Assembly: GCF_947568905.1 (NCBI RefSeq)
Contig: NC_079168.1
Coordinates: 52,080,001 to 52,144,000, forward strand
DNA length: 64,000 bases
Direction: 5' to 3'
Source: Ostrea edulis
Taxonomy: Eukaryota
Position 1 is the first letter of the stretch; each line of letters opens with the position of its first letter. This document shows, in pieces, positions 49,801 through 61,800 of this stretch. The notes under the pieces are model-generated. The model was not told the DNA's origin. It did no database searches and was given only the letters and a program-made list of their open reading frames with translations. The position numbers and the translations under genes were made by a program.

Positions 49801-52800
49801 CAACAATAATCAGATATCTACAGGTAAATGTAACAAATAAACAAATGATTAACTTACCTTAGAATATGAACTTTGAATATTGTTTGACAGAATTTACACT
49901 TATTAAAGAATCGGGGACCTGCTTTACTAAACTTCTTAAGTTCAAGATTTTGTCACAACTTAACTTACAATAAATATCCCTCTTATTAAACTACGAATAT
50001 ACATACCTCCTTCACAAAAGAGTTCTAAGATTGTAAGTTCAAAAGAGAGTTCTAAGTATGTAAGTTACCAATACTTCATGAGTTAAGTTTACGATGGAAA
50101 CTTAAGAACACAATATTAAAAGAAAAGTGTCGTATCTTAAGTTAAAACCTTTGAAATTCTCACGTCAGAATTTTTGCGTAAGAAAAGAAGTTTAGTAAAA
50201 CTCAAGTCAGAACATAAAAATTCCACCAATTCATATACCTAAGTAAGTCAGGGTGCTCCCCTGTCACACACTCCATACCTAAGTAAGTCAGGGTGCTCCC
50301 CTGTCACACAATCCATACCTAAGTAAGTCAGGGTGCTCCCCTGTCACACACTCCGGTGTTACTGGAGTATGGTATCTCTGTGAGCCAGGGGTTCCTGTGA
50401 CTGCAAACATCCCTCCTCCATTTTGGGGGGTCATAAAATTCTGCTCAAGCTGCTTCTGGGTCTCCAACAGAGCCTCATTCTGGTCCTTCAGTTCCTGCAG
50501 TTCTTTCTCCAAGCGGACAATCCTCTCCGTACTGTCCTGGAGGCGGTTCTGGTATTCCTCACGGAGGTGATCCAAAAGGGACTGGTTCTCTGTCTACAGT
50601 TTTATTCACAATTATACAGAATGGACTGGTTCTCTGTCTACAGTTTTATTTACGATTATACAGAATGGACTGGTTCTCTGCCAACAGTTTCATTCACAAT
50701 TATACAGAATGGACTGGTTCTCTATCTACAGTTTTATTCACAATTATACAGAATGGACTGGTTCTCTGCCTACAGTTTTATTTACAATATACAGAATGGA
50801 CTGGTTCTCTGTCTACAGTTTATTTACAATTATACAGAATGGACTGGTTCTCTGTCTACAGTTTTATTTACAATTATACAGAATGGACTAGTTCTCTGCC
50901 TACAGTTTATTTACAATTATACAAAATGGACTAGTTCTCTGCCTACAGTTTTATTTACAATTATACAGAATGGTCTGGTTCTCTTCCTACAGTTTTATTC
51001 ACAATAATACAGTGGACTGGTTCTATTTACAATACACGTATCAACACTTCGCCACGAGTTACGTCCCTTTGTGGGGTCAGCCAAAGGTCAATCGGTGAAA
51101 AACCAAGTTTTCCTTCTTTACCTTACCAAATGTAAGATGTTATTACTTTGAATTTTAGCCAATTACCAAGTTTTCATACAAGTTAATGGGTTGCCCCAAT
51201 CTGGGGCATATTGTAGTTGACTGCAATTGATGTCAAAGCTACAGACATGAAAATTACAAAGGCCAACGTAGGGAAATACGATTTTTATCCGGGAGATGGC
51301 GGACAAGGGACGTAACTTTCACGAAGTATTGATACATGTATTACAGAGTGGATTGATTCACAATACAGAGTGGACTTAATCAAACATAATGATGGTTTTT
51401 GTTTGCAGGTATTGTTGATTTCCTATACATGTGTAGCTGTATAAGACCAGCAAACATAAAGTGAAAAGAAATGAAATACAGTAAAACTCTGATATAGCGA
51501 ATTTCTGCAGACACTTCATGAAAATTCGCTACAAGTGTAATTTGCTATACGTTTATAGTGAATTCATAATTTAAATGAACGAATTTGCTATAAAACTGAT
51601 TTGTTCTACATGTATATTAGTTGTATAAGAAAGCAGCAATTGATATACTTGTGTTTGTATTGTCTCTAAGAGAAATTTAACCCATATATTTTCAAGAAGA
51701 AATATTTTTATACAAGAAATATACACACTGATTTATATATGATAATTTATCTTGATGGATCATTAAGTCAGGCAAGAACAAGTCGAAAGAAAAATGTCAA
51801 CAAAATTATGTGCCATACATGCAAACAGTCTATCGCAGTTGTCATTTAATTCTTCCTTAACATGAATAAAGTAAAATAAAATGCAAACAAACTTCAAATT
51901 TCATTAACGAGAATAGCAAATACCAACAATATATTTGCTAAACGTATATGTAAGTATTGTTTTGCATTAACAACCTCGAGCTCTTTTGAAAAAATACAAA
52001 CAGAAATTTCATAATAAGTGCGGATCCTTTATGGTAATGGAAAGTGATTGTTAAAATCACAATGAGTTTAAAACAAACAAAAAATCGTTATAAAAGGTGA
52101 TTTTTATGTTAATTTTTCAATTCAAGGGGAATAGGAATTTACTTTGTTATATCTGTAAATTCGCTATATCCATGTTCGTTATAGATGCAGATTTTTATAT
52201 GGAATATATAAAGTATTTGCCAAGGAAATTGATTTCACTTTGCTATAGCCGTAATTTCGCTATATCCGTGTTCGCTATATTCGAGTTTTACTGTATACAG
52301 CATTTGTGATGTTCATCTTCTACAGTCAAAACATTTGACGTCACAATGCAATGGATGGATGCTAACTCAGTGTGGATTAAATAGATCTAAGCTTATCGCC
52401 ATGCACAGGTGGGAACATTTTTCAGCACGCACTCCCTTGAAAACATTGGATTGAAATTCCAATTTCTAAGTTGATTTTCAATCTACTTAGTATTACTCTT
52501 ATTGAATTAATGAATTATAATGTTAAACGTTTGGTAAAATGTATTTAAAACACAAAGTATGAGGTCTATAAGAGATGAAAACCCGAGGAAACATGATTAT
52601 TGGTTCACTTTTAAATCCATCTGGCTGATCACAGAACAATGAGCAGGTAATAAATAGGCTAGTAAAAACTGCAGTTCCTGATTTCAATCAACATGTAGCT
52701 TCCACTTCAGGCACAAAATATTTAAATTTGTAAGATCACATTTAAAATTCAATTCAACCACGCCCGTAACCCGTATACTTATTAAAATTATTTGTACGGT

Positions 52801-55800
52801 TAACATTTCAAGAAAATGGTGTATGTGTAAATGGAACTCGATTTACGAAGAAAACTGTCCTCATTTCTCATACTTTATTGCCATCGCAAAACAGTAAATT
52901 ACAATTACTAGCAGTGCTTTCCTTGTTATGAACAAGATTGCATTAAATTATGTGTATACATGTATTGTATATATAATATACATTAAATTAAAAGAAATAA
53001 AACACCACAAATAAAATTTCAACACAATTAAAAAATCCTCAGTCCATGCTGAAAAATGTTCCCACCCATGCATGGCGATAAGCTTAGATCTTTTCTCCGT
53101 GCTGAGTTAGCATCCACCCATTGCATTTTGACGTCAACTGTTTTGCATGACTGTCACAGTCACAGATGAACATCACGAATGCTGTGTATTCCATTTCTTG
53201 CCACTTAATGTTTGCCGTTCTTAACGGTTGTGTCTATCAACATTAGTCTCATTTTGACAAATTAAAGCTGCATTTCGTTTTCAGAGTTTACGCCAGGAGA
53301 ATAGTATTTAGAGCAATATGCTAATGTATTGGTAGATATGAAAGTTGTTAGATATGAAAGTTGTACATATGAAATCAGAATGGACTACCTTCAACTTTTC
53401 CACTTCCAGCTGGTATTCCTTCTTCACATTCACAAATGCGGCCTGTTGTTCTGTAGAATGGATTACAATATAAGTAAGCAATGGCTGATCTTGTAAACAT
53501 AGAACAAGGCACATTATCCAGCATTTGAACTGCACCAACACAGGGCAGTATTTAGTAACTAGACCTGTTCAAACAGGGCTAATGTCCCCACATGACTCAT
53601 TCAAAGTGGGCATATTCAAATAACCACATACTTGAATGCTGCATTTATTTTTTTTAATACAAACTTTATGACAACTGCATTACATAGGTACATGCTAGAC
53701 CATGATTCTAGATCGTGTGAGCTTGACCTGTCATAAATGACTTTGATGGAGGGTAAAAAATAGGTCAAAAGAAGCCTTTGACTCAGCTACATACTACAAG
53801 TACAAAATTTTCTCTGTTACAAAAATTTAGCAATTAGTTTTAGAGACCTCAACATTATCAAAATGATCTTGGTCTAGAATCAAGATGCATACCCAGGTCT
53901 CAAACAACTATGTATTGTGTAGCACATGATTGTCTTAAGTTTTCTTCTGTTCTCGAGCTATATTTGGACAATAATTTTGTACTTTTTCTCCGAGTGACCT
54001 TTAATATTTAAAAAAATAAAATAAATGAATACCCTGCAGTTATGAACAATCTTTGTGAAGATGGATTGTTAGTCAGAAGACTGTCTATAATTCATTTTCT
54101 CATATCGACCTTAGCCTTCTTCAAATGACCTTGGGTCAGGTTCATGACAAACCCTCCTCATAAGCTAGCTTTGTTTTAAATAAGAACACCTAATGTTGCT
54201 TTGTCAGTTACACCCTGAACACAAATCTAGGAGAGAAAAAATTTCCCATTGACCATGACTTTCTCAAAATGACCTTAAACAAAGGTCAAGACACACCTTC
54301 CAGACATTAGCAATTAATATCAGTATGTAAATTATGAGCATCTATTGCCTCTTTGTGTCAAAAAGCTGTGGGTCTGATACAATTGAACAGGCAAACTAAC
54401 AAACAGAGATTGGGTGATTCCTATATACCCTACCACTGTGTGAGTGAGGGCAAAATTAAATGTTACATCTTAGAGAACAGGTTGAGTAAAATGTGTTACA
54501 CACATTCAGTATTACATCAGTACTATAGTTACTTGATATTATTTTTCAAAAATGACAAAACTATGTAACCTATTTGAAGAAAAACTCAAAAAAAACCAAA
54601 AAAAAAAGCAAGAGACCCCTCCCCCTGAAAGAAAAAAACACCACAAATGAAAAACCTAAAAACAAAACAAATTAACAAAATAAAATAAAAATATTAAAAT
54701 CATTACATTGTGGGTAATTTAAATACTACAAAATAGAATATAATATCTACCATGTACTGTAACAGTGTAATTTGATACAGAAATGTGCATTTATGTAAAT
54801 TTTATCAGGAGAAAGTATTCTCAAAATTTTATATTTTAAATTGAATTAAAATAAAACAACAAAAATGTAAATACATTTTAAACTAAAACAAAATAAATGA
54901 TATTTTAAAATTATTTTTTCAAAGCTATGTGTTAAGCCAAACAAAATCAATACCATGTAAAAAAAAAAAAAAAAAATGATACTGTATTGGATCATAATGA
55001 AATTTCAATTATTACAGCTATGAATTTATATTCACAGTTACCAAAAGTGGAATAGTAAAGTATTGTAGAAAGCAATCAAGCCACCTATATTATAACTACA
55101 TGTAACTACTTGTGTCGAATACATGTAGATTCCAAATTTGCATCGAAATAGTTTTCTGTATACACAATAAATCTTGTAAACTATTTAGAACATATTCCAC
55201 TGTTTTTCAAAAGTAGGTATTCTGCCTACAATCCATTTTTGAAATAATGTATAAAAATCTTTCTATAGAATTTCCACTTTTGGTAGCTTATTGATTATTT
55301 CAACTAGACAAAAGCCACTACAATCCAAACCCTTCATAAACTTTGTCCTGTAGTATCGCTCTGAAATGTATCACAGTACATTTGAAATATTTACTGTCCT
55401 ACTCCAAGTACTCTTCAAAGAAATTATACCATAATTAAATGCTCCACCACAGCACATGATACAACCGTCAGATGTTCATTCATCATAAACAAAATCAGGT
55501 CAACCTTGTCAAGATATCTCTTGAATTGTTCAAATAACTCTAAAATGATACTTTCAAAACATATTTCATTTTATTACATGCAATACATGTATTTAGATAA
55601 TTTCTATTGCATGGTATTTTGCCATATTTTATACTCTTTATAAATTTATATCGGACATTGACGTCTGCAACACTGTTATTGTTCGGTTACCACCAAAATG
55701 TTGAAATTTCAATGTTTAGAACTGCTTGTAGACACAAATACTGGGGAGGGGGTTGTTGTTAACAGAATTAAACACATGTAATATACATTGAATTCAACAT

Positions 55801-58800
55801 TGTTGATTTATTATTCATTGTTAACATTCTAAATTCTGATTATCCGTTCTTGTGGATGTGTTGACTTCTTATAACATAATGGTCCTTGAGAAAATAAATC
55901 ACTTATTAGGTTTGTCACTGACTGGTCACGGCTTTGCCTCACCGTCTCTGACATTAACCCAATATATATATCCGTAGACAGTCAGTTACAAACCTAATAA
56001 GTAATAATGGACAGACAGATGGACCCAAATGCTATACAATAATACGTATAGATAGGCGTATAAAACAACAGCATTAAAGTAATGGCAGAACAAATTTTTT
56101 ACATCAAAATATATACCAACCTGCTTCTGTGTATTTGTGGCCATATTCATCTTTTGTAGATGAAGGAGGCCACATGGGACTTAGTTTGCCAACGTCCACA
56201 TCGTATCGGGCGGGGGCATTTTCTGTGTGGGTCCAATAATACATACAGTCTGGCTGAAAATTAAATATGGCTCAAATTATAAACCTGATCCAGTCAAGAT
56301 TACACATACATTGTACATACAGTAAAACTCGGTTAAAACACAGTCCTGGGGATTTACTGTGTCATATCTGTAATTCAGTGAAATCCCAGCAAACATCCTT
56401 TTCATTTCCCTTCACATTGGGACTACCAGATATACTCACTGAATGGATTAATTAAGAACTTTTATTGGAGAACTTCAATTTCCAGATTGTGTAAGGTAAT
56501 TTTTTACTGAGCATACTATCATTAACATGAATTTGGTCAAAAAATATTTACTATAAAAACAGTAAACATGTTATCTTGAATCTCCATGGAACACAAAATT
56601 AATTTGTTATATATCCCTGAATTTGTTATAACCATGAAATTTTACAAAGAATTGGTAAAAAAAAAAAAAAAATGCTGGGGACTAAAAAACAAACAACTTT
56701 GCAGTATTTGTGACATTGTTATATCTATATTTGTATTAAACGAGTTTTACTGTACTGACCTTTTTATAGTACTTTCAGGCCATATAGTTGATTGATGAGC
56801 AATTTACAATATTTTTATAAATGCTGTATGATGAGAGTAGCAAATTGCAAAAATTGGTTGGTAAAGATATTTCTACAAATGTGCAAGAATTTCCTAGAAC
56901 ATACCATTCATCAATATATAGGATAAAAATCACACACAAACCTCATAGAGTACAGATAAAATATTGTAAATTTCAAAGATTCCCATCATATGTAATATAC
57001 AGTGTAATATACAGTGTCACCTGATGGAGATACAGTTTCTGAAATAACTTTTTCAAAATTATCTTGTTCATTTAAACATGTAGAATAATATGTTTTGTTT
57101 TAGAAAAATAAGTCTTTCTTACCCTCAGTTAACTTCACTTGTTAGAACTTTAATATGTAAATTATCAACCCAAAATTAAGCATTGTTAAATCCACTATGA
57201 ATAAAAGAATTTCAAAAAATATATACAAAACCATTAATAAATCTTAGAAAAGTCCACCATTAAGTTTCCATTTGTAAACAATGTGACAATTCATTGCAAC
57301 ACACATAGAAAAATTCCAACACTGAAAACAATGTTTCAAATAAAAATTGTAATATTGTAAATTTTATGAAAGCGGTAGGGCTCCTCTATGACTAAGAACT
57401 TATAAATGACAATAGGTATCACATTTCTCCATTAATGCCCAGCTGCCACTCACAAGTTATAAATACATGTATCTGTATACAGCTGTATACAAACAAATTT
57501 GTTCATGTCCAGAAATTAAGTCAATTCTGCCACATCGTAACACTGACACCACTATAAACCTGCTTGTAAAAAACATATCAATTTCATAAAGTATGGCAGA
57601 AATCTTGACTGACCATATTCAAAAACCTTGTAAAGTCACTCATGCATGAAGCATCTCCTTTGAATCATACATATTTGATGGTTATTCTATATTGTTCATA
57701 AAAAACTGATACACAGACAGTGGATACAATAAGGCAACCTCAGAAAATGACATTGGGAAGTTTGTATAAAGCAATTCTCCTTGACTACCAACAACTAAAA
57801 ACAGCTGTTTTCACTGTTAGAGTGGTTTAACAAAGATTATCTAATAATAATTCCTTTCAAAAACAATATCAAGCTTGTTGCTTCATCCCTTCCTTAGATT
57901 AATATTTAAACAACTGAAGCGTAATTTTCTAAAATACCATTTTCCAGACCAATGACCTTGAAATCCATCAATTTCATTGAAAACACAGGAGACCTTCCAT
58001 AACATTTCATGTTTGGTACATTTTATGTATTCTTGCACTAGCAGGATTATATTTCCAAAATATTTTCCTTGTGATCAGAAGGACCATCATTAATTCATTT
58101 CGAATCGGACTTTTTTTAAGCCCTGGAATAATGATATTCCATCCCGAATCTTCCAATGACAGTTCACACTTGCACTGGTGATCTCATCCTGCGCCCCCCC
58201 CCCCCCCCCCCCCCCCCCCCGCCCCCCCCAATCTCTTGTTGTCCTGTGGTGACTTTTTTTCAACTTCTACTCTTCAATATTCTCCCAATGATATGCCATA
58301 CATCATGTTCTTGATTTAAGACCCAACTTCTCAGGTGACCATCTTTCAATTCTACTCTTTAAAATATTACCTTTATCATAACTTTTCCAATAACATGTCA
58401 TATAATCACTTTTTTTGTACTTTTGAGAGATTTTTTAAAAAGACATTGAATATAATTAACCCATCTGAATCATTTAAATTTCCAGTAGATGCACCCTAAC
58501 TATGTGGTATCACATGTGTGCTACATTCAGGCAGTTGATAAGATGTGAAAGAGGAATTTCTTGAAAAGAACTACATTTCAAACATTAAAAAAAAAAAGCA
58601 CTTCAGAATAATAAATGTTTAAGAAATATGTATCCCCCTATGGTGCAAAATTGAAAAGAGTTATACACATGTATCATTTAATTGATAGTAATGCCAAAAC
58701 AATTCATTGAGCAGACAATATTTTCCTATGTCCAGAGTGGATTGACCCTTGACTTTTGACCATGCAACCTCAAAATCAATAGGGGTCATCTACCTCTTAG

Positions 58801-61800
58801 GATGTACCAATGTACCAAGTTTGGTGTCAATCAATCAAATGATTCTCAAAATATATGAGACAATATATTCCTATGTCCAGTTTGTTTAACGCTTTACCTT
58901 TGACCATGCAACCTCAAAATCAATTAGGGTCATCTACTCCTTAAGATGTACCAGTGTATCAAGATTGATGTCTGTCAAGGAAAGGGTTCTCAAAATATTG
59001 AGCAGACATCTTCCTATGTCCAGAGTGGATTGACCCTTGACCTCAAAATCAATTGGGTTTATCTACTCCTTAAGATATACCAGTGTACCAAGTTTGATGT
59101 CTGTCAAGCAAAGGGTTCTCAAGATATTGAGCTGACAAGACTTGGTCTACAGACCGACCGGCACAAAACAATATGCCTCCCTCTTTTTCCGGGGAGGGGG
59201 AATAAAAATAAAGATGATTTAATAACCAAAAACAAACACATGAAAAAACTGTATAGCTTATGGGAACGTATCAATAGATGATTGCTTCTTGGTAAATTTT
59301 AATCATGTACCATACTACTTCATAATTTAATGTAGTATTTGAAGTGGTTACTAAATACTTATAAAAAGGTGACTCTCGATAACTTGAAGTTTCAAGGAAC
59401 CTTGATAAAACTTGGAGAGATTGAGAGATCAAGAGTAAATTTTCTTAGTTGTATAGAGACAAAAAATCGGTACCGCAATTTCACTTTGCGAGATCAAGAA
59501 CTTTGAGAGATTGAATTTTGATCCATTGAGAGTCATCTGTATATGCATTTGAGATGAACAGGTAATTTCAAAATGACACTAATCATCTGCCATACACCAC
59601 AGCGACATTTGAAATCAGATGCAAACATGGTTCTTGTGTTATGTTGAACTTATGACATAAAGATTTTTATCATTTTTGGGAGTTGGAAGTTAGTTGAATT
59701 TTAAGTCATCAGGCACAGTGCACATGGATATATTGCAAGGGACATTTATGTGAGCCACATCACACCATCACCTTTCTTTGGTACATAACAGACATAATAG
59801 AAAAAGTCCACTAATACACATAATCCTATATAGAAAACTCAATTCCAATACACAAACATTTGTTTCATTAAATGTAAACAGCGTTACATGAAACAGAGAT
59901 ATGGAATTTTTTAACAATTTATTGTGTATTCATAAGCAAGATAAACTGCAGCTTTAGTTTTCATGAGTATCATGAAATGGCCATCATTATTCTGACTTGC
60001 ACTATATGGATGCTCATAAAGGGGTTGAAATAAAAAACAACAACAGTGGAATTACTTTGATATATTGGGCTGATTAATTTTTCTCCACTCCTTGGAGTAC
60101 ATTTTGTACTTTGATTTACTAGGGATTTTTGTCATCATTCTGAAAGAGAGTGTTTGTTGTATCTAAATTTGCTTTTGATAATGGCTGGTTAGTATGAAGT
60201 AAAAGTTGAGCTGGGCCTCAATCGAAGGTTTGAATGTTTAGGGACATAGAATGAATTTGTTATTGCAGAAATAATGAGCTTAAGTCTGAATAATTATTCA
60301 ATTTGGAATCTAACACAATCTCTTTGGATAAATGTATTGAATGTGATGAAATATGATGTAAATGAACCTTAGTCATGTTGAGAAGTAAATTTTAGTTTTG
60401 AAAATACATGAGAGTATGATCTGCAATGCTTCATGCTGGCATGCTTCATGAAGAGTATTAGTGCTTCATGAAAAGTATGCTGGTGTGAAGCCTTGCAGTT
60501 CATACCCTCAAGTACTTTCAAAATTAAAATCTATATTTACATTCTACTTTCATTTCTGTTGGAATCCCCAGTTGTTAAAATAGACGTACTACATTTATCA
60601 ATATTCACACACGCTTTGTTCACAACTACTGCACATTCATGAGGAAATGGTTATCATTACAATTTGTAGATATATCAAAGGCAAAAACATTGGAAATGTA
60701 AATATCTAGTAGTAAATGCAGATGTCAGATGTTTATCATTAAAATTTGTTTGAAGTCAGTATGCTTGGTAAGAAATTCATCTTATATATGAAGTCAGTAT
60801 GCTTGGTAAGAAATTCATCTTATATATGAAGTCAGTATGCTTGGTAAGAAATTCATCTTATATATGAAGTCAGTATGCTTGGTAAGAAATTCATCTTATA
60901 TATGAAGTCAGTATGCTTGGTAAGAAATTCATCTTATATATGAAGTCAGTATGCTTGGTAAGAAATTCATCTTATATATGATTTAGATAAATTTTTGTTA
61001 CGTGTATGTTAGTTATATGTTTATCTGATTAATGTATGACCAAACATCTACAGCAATATGAAAGATGAACTAAATATCTCTAGTAGAACTGAACCCACCT
61101 TGAAATGTATGTCTTTCATAAAACTGAACCCACCTTGAACTGAAAATCCTTCACAGAACTAAATCCATCTTAAACAAATATCTTTCATGGAACTAAGCAC
61201 ACTTTAAACTGAATTTCTTTCATAGAATCAAACTTACGGTACCTTGAACATTTGTTGATTTCTCCCATCTTTCTCCTTCATGATCCCTGTTGCAATAAGA
61301 CATGTGCAAAACTGTGTCAGAACGACATTCATATCATGTCGCGTCATCACTAGTCTTAGGTAGTGCTTGTCGTCGATGGTCGACTGCAACCAGTTCAGCA
61401 GCATTTGACCTAAATAATGAAACTCAAGGTCTTGAATCACTGAAGGCAACATTTGACCTTAAATGATGAAACAGGAATTCTTTACATGTATTTTGGCAAC
61501 ACACAAAAAAGCACTCTATATCACAAAAAGAGATTCCCTTGATTTGGTAAGGTTTTGTAGAGTACGTTTTACTCAACTTTAACAATTCTGTGTATGAAAT
61601 TCAAATATTACTTTTACTGAACTGAGTGACTTTTTTTGTCATGTACATATAATTACCTTCAAATACTTCAAATTTAGTAAAATCTACAGTTCCAGGAATG
61701 AAAATTGGCCAGCTCACGGCATCCTCCAAATTATTTGGACGTCTACGGAGAATTTCTTTTCCCCGGGGATCACTGAATTGTCTTTTTTCATCACAAAAAG

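Noticed and set aside
49472-49862. Gly-rich plus-strand ORFs
   Set aside because: Antisense shadow of the FH1 poly-proline exon.
50423-51007. 194-aa and overlapping repetitive ORFs
   Set aside because: Artefacts of the 44-bp array and the antisense strand of the exon.
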